Positions 36,578 through 49,800 are shown, counted from the stretch's first letter. The stretch is 64,000 bases of DNA from Patescibacteria group bacterium (GCA_019752815.1 JAIELQ010000014.1:1035-65034); one strand, 5' to 3'. Notes: generated by a model not told the origin, from the letters alone. Numbers and translations are program-made.

Positions 36578-37546
36578 ATGTTTGTAGATCAATTAACACT
36601 ATTTGCCAAAGCCGGTAAGGGAGGGGACGGGGTAGAACGGTGGCGACATGAAAAATTCGTTGCTATGGCAGGGCCGGCGGGTGGCGATGGGGGAAATGGG
36701 GGCGACATTTATGTCGAGGCTGTTCGTGATCTAGGGCTCCTTTCTAAGTATACGGGTGACCCTGTATTTGAAGCTGATAACGGTGAGGATGGACAAAACG
36801 GCAGTAAACACGGCCGTAGTGCCAAGGACCTGACTATTAAAGTTCCTGTAGGGTCCATTGTGACTGATGTTAAACGTAACCGTACCTACGAGTTTTTTAC
36901 CGAGGGTGTGCGTGAGCGAGTGTTTAAAGGTGGTCAGGGAGGCTTGGGTAATGAACACTTTAAATCATCTACTAACCGATCACCAAAAGAAACTACAAAA
37001 GGGAAGCCTGGCGAAGAGGGAGAGCTCAAAGTTGAGCTGACGCTCGTCGTTGATGTTGGGTTAATTGGGCAACCAAATGCCGGCAAGTCGACGCTTTTAA
37101 ATACCTTTACCAACGCCAAGAGTGCTGTCGGAGCGTACCCGTTTACCACCTTACAACCACACCTAGGAGATTTATTTGGGTTTGTTATTGCGGACATCCC
37201 AGGTCTTATTGAGGGTGCTTCACAGGGGAAGGGGTTGGGGCATACGTTCCTGCGTCACGTTACTCGAACAAAAATGCTCATGCACCTCGTGTCACTCGAG
37301 CATGAAGACCCAGTAAAAGAGTACTACACCATTTTAAATGAGCTATCTTCATACCACAAAGACTTGCTAGAAAAAGAAGAATGGATTATTTTTACTAAAA
37401 AAGACCTTGCAAATCAACACCAATTAGACGCTATACAAAAGTTTATTGACAGCTCTGAGAAACGTGTCTTTGTTATATCTACAGAAAGTGGAGAAGGAGT
37501 AAAAAATCTCCAGGATACCCTTGTGCAGCACTTACGTACCGCGTAA
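36578..37546 (+). CDS. obg: GTPase Obg
   Basis: MFVDQLTLFAKAGKGGDGVERWRHEKF...GGDGGNGGDIYV Obg fold, then VGLIGQPNAGKSTLL and DIPGLIEGAS G-domain motifs. Confidence 0.9.
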   Translation: MFVDQLTLFAKAGKGGDGVERWRHEKFVAMAGPAGGDGGNGGDIYVEAVRDLGLLSKYTGDPVFEADNGEDGQNGSKHGRSAKDLTIKVPVGSIVTDVKRNRTYEFFTEGVRERVFKGGQGGLGNEHFKSSTNRSPKETTKGKPGEEGELKVELTLVVDVGLIGQPNAGKSTLLNTFTNAKSAVGAYPFTTLQPHLGDLFGFVIADIPGLIEGASQGKGLGHTFLRHVTRTKMLMHLVSLEHEDPVKEYYTILNELSSYHKDLLEKEEWIIFTKKDLANQHQLDAIQKFIDSSEKRVFVISTESGEGVKNLQDTLVQHLRTA

Positions 37547-37556
37547 AATTACCCCC

Positions 37557-38960
37557 ATGTACACACCAACGATCGGACTTGAAGTCCATGCCGAATTAAA
37601 AACACTTAGTAAAATGTTTTGCGGATGTAAAAATAGTCCACACGACAGCGAACCAAACCAAAATATTTGTCCCGTCTGCATGGCACACCCTGGCACACTT
37701 CCGGTGGCGAACGAAACTGCCATCGCACACGTGCTTCTTTTCGGAAAAGCCGTCGGGGGGACGCTCGCTTCCTACGCTGAGTTTGACCGAAAAAATTATT
37801 TTTATCCGGACATCCCAAAGGCCTACCAGATTAGTCAGTACGCATTTCCATTTGTAACGGGCGGAGAATTGGGTGGAGTCAAATTAACACGAGTCCATCT
37901 AGAAGAAGACACGGCTCGCAGTCAACATGATAAAGGGGAGGAGAGTCTGGTTGATTTTAACCGGGCCGGGGTTCCACTGATGGAACTGGTGACTGAACCG
38001 GTAATCCATGACGCCAAGACAGCTGGAAATTTTGCAAAAGAGTTGCAATTATTATTACGGACTTTAGGCATCTCGGACGCCAATATGGAGAAGGGGGAGA
38101 TGCGCGTTGAAGCTAATATTTCTATTAGCGCTGATGCCACCTTGGGTACAAAAGTTGAGGTAAAAAATCTAAACTCATTTAAATCAGTGGAGGGGGCAAT
38201 TGCATTTGAGATCGAACGGCAAAAAGAACTGCTCGAGAAAGGGGAGACAATTGCCCAAGAGACTCGTGGGTGGGATGAAGTCAAAGGCAAGACATTCAGT
38301 CAGCGCTCAAAAGAAACAGCTAAAGACTATCGATACTTCCCAGATCCAGACCTGCCAAAGATGAAAATTGACGTTTATGAGGCATTTTCAGACACTCGTC
38401 TAGCCGAGATAATGCCAGAATTACCACAAGAAAAGCGTTTAAAATATAGTGATATCGGATTAACGAGTAATCAAGTAGAGGTTTTGATGCAAAGTGATGT
38501 CCTCGTTAGATATTTTGATGCGTTGGTGGACTTACAATTATCGAATGAAGTGTTAGTGGTTGCGGCTAATTATTTACTTACCGACTTTTCGCAAATGCTT
38601 TTGGGAGCTTCGGCTGATGATGCTGTACTTAGCCCGACGAATTTTGGACTGCTGATCACTATGGTTCATGCTAAAAAGATTTCGTCACGCGTGGCTAAAG
38701 ATATCATTATTGCGATAGGTTTACAGGATACTGACCCGGTTGTGTATGCTAATGAGCACAACCTTCTGTCATCATTTACTCCAGAACAATTACTCGGTTT
38801 GGTACGGGATATTATCGATGCTCACCCAACGGTGGTGACTGAATATAAAGGTGGCAAAGTAGCATCCCTACAGTTCCTCTTGGGTCAGGCGATGAAGCAG
38901 ACAAAAGGAGCGGTAGATCCCGTCACACTTAAGACCACTTTTGAAACCGAGTTAGCCTAA
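37557..38960 (+). CDS. gatB: Asp-tRNA(Asn)/Glu-tRNA(Gln) amidotransferase subunit B
   Basis: MYTPTIGLEVHAELKTLSKMFCGC...ICPVCMAHPGTLPV (GatB N-terminus), then FDRKNYFYPDIPKAYQISQ. Confidence 0.9.
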   Translation: MYTPTIGLEVHAELKTLSKMFCGCKNSPHDSEPNQNICPVCMAHPGTLPVANETAIAHVLLFGKAVGGTLASYAEFDRKNYFYPDIPKAYQISQYAFPFVTGGELGGVKLTRVHLEEDTARSQHDKGEESLVDFNRAGVPLMELVTEPVIHDAKTAGNFAKELQLLLRTLGISDANMEKGEMRVEANISISADATLGTKVEVKNLNSFKSVEGAIAFEIERQKELLEKGETIAQETRGWDEVKGKTFSQRSKETAKDYRYFPDPDLPKMKIDVYEAFSDTRLAEIMPELPQEKRLKYSDIGLTSNQVEVLMQSDVLVRYFDALVDLQLSNEVLVVAANYLLTDFSQMLLGASADDAVLSPTNFGLLITMVHAKKISSRVAKDIIIAIGLQDTDPVVYANEHNLLSSFTPEQLLGLVRDIIDAHPTVVTEYKGGKVASLQFLLGQAMKQTKGAVDPVTLKTTFETELA

Positions 38961-39038
38961 ACAAGATAAATAGATTTATCAACACTAAACACCAGCCATC
39001 TCGGCTAGGTGTTTTTTGTTTCTGGTATACTAACGGTA

Positions 39039-40052
39039 ATGGAAACTATTGAAGATAATGGAGTTACCTACGTAAAAGCGACTGCTCTTGCAAAAAAGCA
39101 CCGTTATACTACAGACTATATCGGCCAACTGTGTCGGAGTGGCAAAGTTGACGCTAAACTAATCGGGCGTGCCTGGTTTGTAAATGAAGTCACGCTTCAA
39201 AGTCACAAAAGTGATCGATATTCTACGCCTCGTTCAGCCGAGATAACTATAAATAAAAGCCTAGTTTCAGATCGTGCTGCTCACCCAGTAGCATTACGCC
39301 GTGAAGTGCGACCAGTGCTTTCAAAGTCAGTTCATCGATCATTATTGCAAAATTCAGAACCTAAAACGTATAATTTTGAATCACGTGGTGCTGGTCTAGT
39401 CTCTACCTATCATCAGGACGAAGAATTACTTGAACCCCATGTGTCTATAAAACCAAAGCCTGAAGTTGCACACAATCCTGCTGAGTTGGAAACTAAAACA
39501 ATTGAAAAAGCACAAAAAATAAGTGTTTCTTTAGGTGAAAAAGCTTCACAAAAGCTTGCATTTGAAGAATTGCCCGAGGTGTTGTTGCGGGGCGATTTAA
39601 AGGTCGATTCGCTCGATGACCCTGATTTGTTCACTGAAGTTGAGCCGGTTAGGGCCGAGCATATTCAATTTGCACCTCAATCTGTTCTAAAAACAGCTGT
39701 AATCGCTACAAATCCCGATCAAACAGGGGTCACGCATCCAAAAGTGAGGGTTCATCACGTTGAGTCTAGGCAAGTACCTAAAAACCAGGTACGCAATGTA
39801 GTTCCACCTCTCAAAGTTGCTACTGTAATTTATCAGCCTGTGGTAGCACGTGCAGAAACAAATGACATTCCAAAACCGGCAGTGCGATTCATTGTGGTGC
39901 CCGTGTTAGTCACTACTGCGCTGGTAGTTTGTGTAGTGATGTTGGGTCTCGTCAGTTATGCAGAAACCGACGGTTTGCAGTTTCGTCAGTCAGTGAAATT
40001 TTCACCCGCAACTGTCATTGAAGCGGTCTCAAAAATAGTAGAAAGTTATTAA
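39039..40052 (+). CDS. membrane-anchored protein with N-terminal excisionase/MerR-type HTH (HTH_17-like); paralog A
   Basis: YVKATALAKKHRYTTDYIGQLCRSGKVDAKLIGRAWFV fits the HTH_17 pattern (..a..l.vs..ti.rl.r.GkipavkiGrrwri). A long charged linker, then a C-terminal TM (VVPVLVTTALVVCVVMLGLV). TATACT lies 7 nt before the ATG. Confidence 0.5.
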   Translation: METIEDNGVTYVKATALAKKHRYTTDYIGQLCRSGKVDAKLIGRAWFVNEVTLQSHKSDRYSTPRSAEITINKSLVSDRAAHPVALRREVRPVLSKSVHRSLLQNSEPKTYNFESRGAGLVSTYHQDEELLEPHVSIKPKPEVAHNPAELETKTIEKAQKISVSLGEKASQKLAFEELPEVLLRGDLKVDSLDDPDLFTEVEPVRAEHIQFAPQSVLKTAVIATNPDQTGVTHPKVRVHHVESRQVPKNQVRNVVPPLKVATVIYQPVVARAETNDIPKPAVRFIVVPVLVTTALVVCVVMLGLVSYAETDGLQFRQSVKFSPATVIEAVSKIVESY

Positions 40053-40111
40053 CATTAGGGGGCATCAAAATTACCGTTTTACCTATAAAATAATAGGTAT
40101 AACAGTTTTTT

Positions 40112-40828
40112 ATGTCTGCGAAAAGTTTAGTAAAAAAATCTGACTCGATACCGCTCTCGGTAGCAGTCACACTCGTCTCATACTCGCGTGATTACATCGG
40201 TCGACTGGCTCGCGAAGGCAAGATTGTTGCCGAGCAAATTGATCGTGAATGGTACGTCAGTCGAGCGTCACTTTTAAACTTCGCAGAACATTCAACTCTT
40301 GAAGATTCGGTCAAGAAAAAAATCCTTAGTTTGTCGCGAAAAAATGATTTAGAGGTTAAAGATTTTTATACTCAAAAAGTTTCAAATATTAACACTCGTC
40401 AATATTTGGCCCGCACTCAAAGTCTGGTGTTAACGCTTATTATGCTTTTGGGAGGATCATTTCCTGGCTATCTTTTTTACACAAACGCTAATTTGCTTAC
40501 AGGTGCAAAGCCAGTTTCGATTGCAGAAACTCTCGGTTATCTTGATGTCGTCGGGTCTACACAAAGTGCTTTGGTGCCTGCTTCCTCACGGGAAAATGCC
40601 GCGGTGTGGACCGAGGGGTTGGTCGTTGAATCACAAGAATCTATCCCGATGGATGGGGGAATTGTCTTGTTTCCAACCCTGCAACCAAGCGACAAAGCAA
40701 CGGTTGAGGATCTGTTTTCGGATGATGTGACCGTGGTAATAACCAGTACGACAACTGGTTTTGTGCGTTCGGCTGATGGTACGTCCGAGCTACCGTTTGT
40801 GCGCGTGCCTGAGACTACGTCTTTTTAA
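40112..40828 (+). CDS. membrane-anchored protein with N-terminal excisionase/MerR-type HTH; paralog B
   Basis: VTLVSYSRDYIGRLAREGKIVAEQIDREWYV, paralogous to 39039. Central TM (LVLTLIMLLGGSFPGYLFY) then about 110 extracytoplasmic residues. Its stop is 3 nt before the ATG of the giant gene. Confidence 0.5.
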   Translation: MSAKSLVKKSDSIPLSVAVTLVSYSRDYIGRLAREGKIVAEQIDREWYVSRASLLNFAEHSTLEDSVKKKILSLSRKNDLEVKDFYTQKVSNINTRQYLARTQSLVLTLIMLLGGSFPGYLFYTNANLLTGAKPVSIAETLGYLDVVGSTQSALVPASSRENAAVWTEGLVVESQESIPMDGGIVLFPTLQPSDKATVEDLFSDDVTVVITSTTTGFVRSADGTSELPFVRVPETTSF

Positions 40829-40831
40829 AAT

Positions 40832-43800
40832 ATGAGTTTTTACCCGTCAAAAAATAAATCACGTACCGTACTGATAGCCTCAGGACTCCTTTTGATTTTA
40901 GGGATTTATTTCATGGCGAGTTTGGTGAGTGTAGTATGGGCGGCGCCTAATTTGCAGATTAACTACCAAGGTAAACTCACTAACGCCAGCAACGTCGCCG
41001 TCGCAGACGCCGGGTACCAAATGGAATTTAGCTTGTACACGACTGACGTCGGTGGGACTGCCATCTGGACAGAAACCCGTACCGGTGTGAATGAAGTAAT
41101 TGTCGACAACGGTCTGTTCTCAGTAATGCTCGGTAGTGTCAATTCGCTTGCCGGCGTTGATTTTAATCAAACGCTGTATCTGGGAGTAACCGTTGAGGCT
41201 GATTCAGAAATGACCCCGCGCAAGGTCCTAGGTGCAACACCAGCTGCCTTTGAGGCAAATAACGCGACTACGGTAGGTGGAGTAGCCTCAACATCATTGT
41301 TGCGAAATGATCGCATTGGTACGATCGCAACCACCTCAGCATCAACCCTGCTTACTATTACGCAAAGCGGCACCGGTGATATTTTAAATTTGTTTGATGG
41401 CGGTACTGAAGTCTTTAGTGTGCTCGATGGTGGAAATGTTGGGATTGGCTCAACCTCACCATCAGCTAGATTAACAGTGGGTGGGAATGCCTTTATCGCG
41501 GGTAACCTCACCGCTACCGGCTCTCTGAACATTGCTGGCACCTCCACCCTCGCCACTACCACTGTCTCTTCGCTCGCTATCGGTTCACTATCAGGTCTCT
41601 TGTTCGGTACCGCAGGCAACGTATCTACCATCGCTACCTCAACCCTCGCGATTGCACTCGCAGACACCACCGGCACCTTAGCTGCTACTCGTGGCGGAAC
41701 CGGACTCTCCACCATTACCCAAAACCAACTGCTGATTGGTGGAGCCGGTAACACCTGGACACAAGTGGCGACGAGTTCATTGGGGCTCTCCGCTGCCTTC
41801 ACCACCATTGCGCAACTCGACACCCTCATCACTGACGTGACCGGCGTGACCGGTACCGGCAGCTTTGTATTGTCGGCGTCACCGACATTCACCGGCACCA
41901 GTATCTTTGCTAACTCCAGTACCACCAATGCCACCACTACCAACGCCACCACCACGAACTTCACTATTACCGGGCTGACTTCTGGCCGGGTACCGTTTAT
42001 CACAACTGGTGGACGACTTACTGATTCGGCGAACTTGGCGTTTGATGGGACACGTTTGTCGACAGTTAACTTTGGTGCGAGTGGCACGTCATCGCTTTTA
42101 GGTGCTGTTTCAATCGGAACATCCACCCAGCCCTATCTCCTCACGGTGGCGGGTACATTTGGGGTAGTTTCATCGAGTCTCAGTCCAGTGTTTACGGCTG
42201 ATGCGACTACCGGTCGCGTTGCTATTGGCACCAGTACAGCTTCAACTACTGAGACGCTGACGATTGCCGGGGGTTCAATTGATGTACTTCCAAGCGGGCT
42301 CCGTATTGTCGGACAGCTCGACACACTCACTGATAGTCAGGCCGGTCTCGTAGTTGAAGATGGCATTGTGTATGGAGTATCTAATAATCCAGCGACTGAT
42401 TTACATATTGTTGACGCTAGTAATCCACAAAGCCCACGTATCCTTAGTGAGACTAGTGCACCGAGTTCGGGGGATCTAGTTAAAGTTGGAAATTACTTGT
42501 ATATGTTTGGTGGACTCAGTTCTATTGGCGAAGTTGAAGACATTTCTAATCCAAGTGCACCAGTCACAGTCGGAACATTTGATATGGGACAAACAACGCG
42601 AGAAGCAGTTGTGGATGGAAACTACATTTTTGTGGGCACTAATAGTGCGACGACATCTGTGGTTGTGTATGACATCACAAACCGTATCAACCCACAACAA
42701 ATTGCCATCATTAATGCAGGAGCAGCGGTCACTGATTTATCAGTACACCAAAACAAACTCTATCTTGCACTTGCGAGTACTACCGCTGCTTTGCGCATTT
42801 ATAATATTCAAAATCCTGTCGTGCCGACTCTCCTGGGTACGGCTGCTGCCTCATCAACACCAACTGCTATTACCGCGACTAACGACCGGGTGTACCTCGG
42901 TGCGAACGTCAGTGGTAACCGAGAATTGTATGTCTACCAAACGACTAACCCGACTAGTATCCAACTCTTGACCTCGATTGATATTACGACCTCGGTCAGT
43001 GACATGATGGCGGTGGACGAGACCTTATATGTGACGGGTAACTCAGTCCGGGCTTTTATCGCGTATGATATTTCTTCGAGTACGCAGATTATTGAGCAGG
43101 GTCGAGTAAGTCTTGGAGCCAGCACGATCTATGATTTTGATATTGAAGGGCAGTATGCCTATGTGGGTGGACAGGTTCCGACTCAGGGCTTAGCAATTAT
43201 CAAACTATCTGGACTCACTGCACCATCTGTTCAATCGGGCGCCCTCTACGCTGAACAATTACGTGCCCTGCAAGCAAATATTTCCGGCAATCTTAATGTC
43301 GCTGGTCGAGTCGCTTTTGGTCTCGATGCTTCAATTGCCCGAAGGCTTGATGTCGGAACGTCTCTAACAATCGGTACCACGTCAACTTCAAGTAACGCAC
43401 TGACGGTGGCTGGAAACGCGGCATTATTTGGCAATCTCACAATAACTGGTACCACCACCATCTCTAACCTCGCCCTCACCGGCGTCTTCCGCGACGCCAC
43501 CAACGCCTCCGGCACCCTCGGCCAAATCCTCCAATCAACCGGCACTTCAACTCGCTGGGTCGCCACCTCATCACTCGGCCTCCTTACTTCTGCTATCACC
43601 GGTATTGGTCCAGCTGGTCAAATCCAATCAGGCCCAACTATCACCCTTGCCACCTCAACCGGCTCATTTAACGGTCTCACCCTTGGTACCACCATCACCG
43701 CCACCGGCAACACCATCACCTACACCCCAAGTATCACTGGAGCGCTCACCAATGCCGGCATCGCCACCCCATGGTTATCATTTGCAACCACCAGTACCGG

Positions 43801-46800
43801 ATCAGATATTAGTTTCAGTAGTGCCTCATCAACTCTTGGTGGTACCGTTACCCTTAATATTCCGAACGCCGGCCCGTCTGCACGTGGACTCTTAACCAGT
43901 GCTGACTGGACTACCTTTAACGGCAAGATCTCCAGTACCTCACTTGATACCATTGCGGAACTCGACACCCTCATCACTGACGTGACCGGCGTGACCGGTA
44001 CCGGCAGCTTTGTGCTTTCAACCTCACCGACATTTACAGGGACCGCATCATTTGCGAGTACTACGAACTCCGGACAACTCACCGTGACTGGTACTTCAAC
44101 TCTCGCTACAACTAGCGTTTCCTCCCTCGCGATCGGTTCACTCTCTGGTCTCTTATTTGGTACCGCAGGCAACGTATCTACCATCGCTACCTCAACCCTC
44201 GGTATCGCGCTGTCTGACACCACCGGCACACTGGCTGCTACTCGTGGTGGAACCGGACTTTCCTCATATGCTACTGGTGATTTGATTTATGCCTCTGGCG
44301 CGAACACACTCGCTAATCGAACTATCGGCTCAACCGGTAATGTACTCTCGGTGGTTGGTGGGGTGCCAACGTGGGTGGCTACCTCGACACTTGGTTTGAG
44401 TGGGTTGTCGACGTTCCTCGGGCTAACTGATACACCATCTTCATACACTGCCAACCGTATCTTCTTTACTAATTCAGGGGCTACCGCGGTGACTGACAGT
44501 GCGAACTTTACCTTTGATGGGACACGATTGTCGACACTTAATCTCGCAGTAACTGGCACTTCAACATTCACTGGCACCTCAACCTTTGCCACCAGTACTT
44601 TTAGTCGAATTAACATCGGCACCACAACATCAGCAGGATTGATTACACTCGCCGGTGGCGGTGTGGTCGCTACTACGCCTAATAATCTTCGTGTCGCGGG
44701 CACCTTTAACACGAGTGGGAGTGCAAACGGAGTAGCGGTTTCTGGACGCTATGCGTACGTGGCTGATAGTTCTGCTGGTCTGCAGATTATAGATATCTCG
44801 CGACCAAGTAGCCCGTCTCTTGAGGGTACCTTTAATACGTCTGGTAACGCATATGACGTGAAAGTGGTTGGACGCTATGCGTACGTCGCAGATGGTGCGA
44901 GCGGTCTACAGATTATTGATATTAGTAATCCAGCCAGTACGACATTGGTTGGAACATATGATACAAATAACGCCGAAGGTCTTGATGTGTCTGGCCGGTA
45001 CGCGTACATCGCTGATGCAACCACTGGTTTAGTAATTGTTGATATCAGTAACCCAAGTAACCCAACCTTGGTAGTGAGTTATGACACTACGGGTATATTT
45101 GCAACTGATGTGGCGGTGGTTGGCCGCTACGCATATGTCGCAGATGGACTTGCCGGTCTTCAGATTATTGATGTGACCAATCCAGCGGTACCGGTTTTGA
45201 TGAGTACGTTTAATACTGCTGATAATGCGACGGGTGTGTATGTTGTGGGCCGCTATGCGTACGTCGCAGATGGTGGTTCGGGTCTGCAAATCGTAGATAT
45301 TAGTAATCCAGCAATTCCAACCCTCGCTGGTTCAGTTGATACACCAGGCACCGCTAACGATGTGGTGGTAGCGGGTGGTATTGCATATCTCTCAGACTTC
45401 TCAAGTAGTCTCCAGGTGATTGATGTTTCAAATGCAACTTCTCCATTTATTCTCCAGTCATTTGTTACAACTGGAATTATGAACAATGTCGCCATCGCGG
45501 GTCGGTATTTGTATGCTGGTGACAATACAGCTGGACTCCAGATTGTCGATATTAACGGCTCTGATTTCTCGTCACTATTTGCGGGTGCTCTGGGAGCAAC
45601 GGAGGCAAATTTCGATAGTAATTTGATCGTTGGAAACGACATTACTGTTGGAGGCAAACTGTCAGTCGGGCATGATTCGATAATTAACGGCGGACTTACC
45701 ATTATAGGTACCGCGTCTTCTACATTGCTCGGTAATAACACTGGTCCTGGTTTGGTGGTTGCCACTGGCAACGTCGGCATCGGCTCAACCTCACCATCGG
45801 CAAAACTTACCGTTGCAGGTGCTGGATTCTTTGGTGGTAACCTCACTGCTACCGGATCCCTCGCTATTTTCGGAACCAGCACCCTCGCCACCACTTCTAT
45901 CGCTCGACTCGCTCTCGCTGGAGCGTTCCTTGATTCAACGAATGACAGTGGCACTTCTGGTATGGTCTTGCAATCATCCGGCACCTCAACTCGCTGGGTT
46001 GCTACCTCAACGCTTGGTTTTGCAACCGGGGTTTCAAACTTCCTTGCTCTCTCCGACACACCGGATGTATTTACCGCTAATCGAATTCCATTTACGAATG
46101 GTGCAGCGACTGCCTTAGTTGATAATGACAACTTTACTTACTCAAGTAGTACCCAGTTCCTCACTCTAGGGGGTAATCCTTCACTTGAGTATGGTATCAA
46201 CTTTGGCGGAGCGGGCAGAATTTATGGAACAAATTCGTTAGGCACTGAAGATCTTGTTATGATTAGTTCAAACAATATTTTCTTGGCTAGTGGTGATGAT
46301 TCTAGTAGTATTGATGTGAGTCTCGGAGGCGTATTTAGTATCTTCGCAGCCACTTCGACTACTATAATTAGTCCAGTCATTACTGCATTGGGTGACCTTA
46401 CTGTAACAGGATCTCTTGGTATCTCAGGCACCACCACCCTCGCCACCACTACCGTGACAGATTTGTTTGTCTCGGCTGCACTGCGTGACACAACAAATTC
46501 GGCGGGTACCCTTGGTCAAATCCTCCAATCAACCGGCACCTCAACTCGTTGGGTTGCCACTTCAACCCTCGGCTTTTCTGCCGCCTTCACCACCATCGCT
46601 CAACTCGACGCCCTCATCTCAGACGTGACCGGAGTGACTGGTACTGGAAGCTTTGTGTTATCAGCGTCACCGACGTTTACCGGCACCAGTATCTTCGCGA
46701 ACTCAAGCACCACAAACGCGACAACGACTAACGCCACTACAACTAACTTTGCGATTACCGGACTGACTTCAGGTCGGGTGCCGTTTATTACTACTGGAGG

Positions 46801-49800
46801 GCGACTAACAGACTCGACAAACTTTACCTTTGATGGTTCACGACTCTCAACCCTCAACCTTAATGTGACCGGCACCTCAACATTTACCGGTACTTCGACG
46901 TTTGCGGGGAATGTGGGGATAGGTACTACTACCCCTAGTAGTGTGTTAAGTATTGTAGGGTCACTTGCTCAGCAGGAGTTTGGATTCGGGGATGCCCAAT
47001 ATATTCTTAGAGGTACAAATAGCTCAACAGGTCGTGCTTTCTTTGCTGGTGTGGCCGGTAACGGAGCGTCTGAGCGAGCGGGATATATGAGTGTTGGTTT
47101 AACTGAGATGGTAGTAGGGACACAAAGTTTAGGAGGTAGTATCCCACTCCGTTTTATGACTAATGATGCGATGCGTATGACTATTGATACTAATGGCAAT
47201 ATTGGTATTGGTACAACGACACCAGCATCACGGCTTGATGTATGGGGTGATTTCCGCGTTGGGACAAGTAGTAGCGCGTTAGTGTATGCCAATACACTAA
47301 ATCGACAATTTGTAGTGGGAAGTTCGAGTCTCATAACCGAGAACAATAATGGAGACATTCCACGTATGGCCATTGTTGGTACCCGCACTTCTGGCCGGCC
47401 AACAATGCTCTTAATTGAAGAGGAGGGTGTGGGCCAATTTGAGTCTGCAGCACTGCAATTTGATCGGGCTACTCCATTAACAAATTCCAGCATGGGCCAG
47501 ATAAACTTTATGGATGCGGGGAGTATTGATGCCTGGACTGATGTGGGAGATAATGCCGCTGGTTCACTTCGCTTTAATACTGATACACCAAGTGCAGGTG
47601 GTGTTGTTGAGCAAATGCGCATTACCTCTAGTGGTAATGTTGGAATCGGTACTACAACACCAAATTCACGCCTCACCGTCTCAGGTAACACCTTCCTCGG
47701 TGGCAACCTCACCGCCACTGGCACGCTCGCAATCCTCGGCACCTCAACCCTTGCCACCACTTCTATCACTCGACTGGCTCTCGCCGGCGCCTTCCTCGAT
47801 TCAACTAATGCTTCAGGTACCTTGGGTATGGTGTTGCAGTCAACGGGTACTAGTACTCGCTGGGTGGCAACTTCGACACTTGGTTTCTCAGGTGGCGGAG
47901 CGTCTACCTTCCTCGCTTTAACTGATACTCCGTCTTCATACACCGCCAATCGGGTAATGTTTACTAATGGAGGAGCGACTGCCTTGACGGATAGTGCGAA
48001 CTTCACTTTTGATGGTTCACGACTCTCAACCCTCAATCTAAATGTGACCGGTACAAGTACATTTATTGGTACGACAACCCTCGCTACTACAACTATTAAC
48101 GGTTTAGTGCAGATGGGCACCACCTCAGTAGATTCGCGATTTAATTTGGATGTAAACAATTTTGCGGTGGCTGGTACAGCGGGACTTAACCGCTACTACA
48201 CATCGACCAATGCAGCGAGTGGTACCGTACAATTTGGTGAGTTGGCGTACAGCCGACTCAATACAACTGCTACCACAACGTATGTCGGTAGTATGTTCCG
48301 CGTGGAAGACAGTACGACACGGGGTAATACGGTGCGAGGACTCGAAGTGCAAACCAACCGGGGCTCAAATACCCAAGGTGAAAACACGGCACTCTCTGGA
48401 TTTGCACGAACATTCGGTGTTCGTGGATTCACCAGTGCCGACGCGGGTAGTGTGTTTGAACCAGCAGGAGGATACTTTGAAACGGGCGGTACAACGCAAG
48501 GTAACGCCATTCGCGGATACTCATCAACGATCACGAGTGCCGGATTGCTCTCGTTGTTCCAGGATACTTCAGTGTTTTCAGGAACTGGTTTGACGATGAA
48601 TCTGGGTAACGGTACCGGTTCATTTACGGGTAAGTTCGTGGATTTACAAGTGGCAGGATCAAGTCGTTTCAACGTTGCGTCTACCGGAACAATGTTTACG
48701 CTCGGTGATATTAGTATCAATTCAACCAACACTGACCCAGCCGCTAATAATGTGGTGGGAATGTACCTCGGAGCTAATGGTTTTGCTAGTATCAACCGTT
48801 CAGCGAATCCAGCGATGAATCTCGGTCGCAGTAACGACGGCGCTGTCTTACAGTTCTACAGTGCGGGTGCAGTCCAAGGCAGTGTCAGTATCGCTGGCGC
48901 AACAGTGTCATACAACGCGTTTACCGGTAGTCACTTTGGGCTTACGGGCAGTACAACCTACCCAATGGGTACACTGATGCAATTGTCAGGTGATAATCAA
49001 AGTTACAACGATGATCCAGCCTCAGAAATCCTCTACGGCATGGAAGAAACAACCGAAGAAAATAGTAGTCTCGTCATTGGATCATACCTCTCGGTGCTCG
49101 AACCATCACAAGCAGAATCAACGGCAAACCCAACTCTCGTCATGGCGGTGGGTAACGGAGCGCTGTGGGTGGCTGATCAAGGTGAAGATATTACACGCGG
49201 TGATTACTTGATCTCATCAAATATTGCCGGACATGCCGAGCGTGATCCACAAACAGCCCCAACTAGTTACATCATCGCCCGGGCATCAGAAGATATTAAC
49301 TGGAACGAAGTAACGACTGAAATTAATGGTGTGAAGCATAAGCGCATTACGGTCTTCTTTGAAAACTTCACTAGGTCAAATATTGACTTGGCACTGATTG
49401 CTTCAAGTACGGTTGAACTAGCAGACATTACCGAAGAATCACAAACCGGACAATTTATGACAGGACTATTTGCGAAGTTAACCGAATGGTTTGGTAGTGC
49501 GCAAAACGGTATCGAAGATATGTATGCGAACGTCTTTAATGCGAGTGAACGCATCTGTGTTGATGGTGAATGTCTCACCGCGGACGATATCCGCGACCTC
49601 AAGGATGCGTTGCAAGGCGGAGGAAGTAATAACCCGCCACCACAAAATAGTGGCGACGGAGGTGGGTCTGGTGAGAGTGGTGACACGGGCGGAGAAACTC
49701 CACCACCAAGTGACGAAGGAGGTGGAGAGGCAGGAGGTGGTGGTGATGAAATTCCACCACCAGCTGAGGGTGGTGACACGGGCGGAGAAACTCCACCACC

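Noticed and set aside
41167-48795. Numerous 60-400-aa - strand ORFs inside the giant gene (e.g. 41167-42126, 46969-48159, 48196-48795)
   Set aside because: They are shadow ORFs created by the low-complexity, stop-poor composition of the repetitive + strand coding sequence. They are V/P/A-rich with no motifs, and overlap a continuous 3014-codon frame that has clear domain content.
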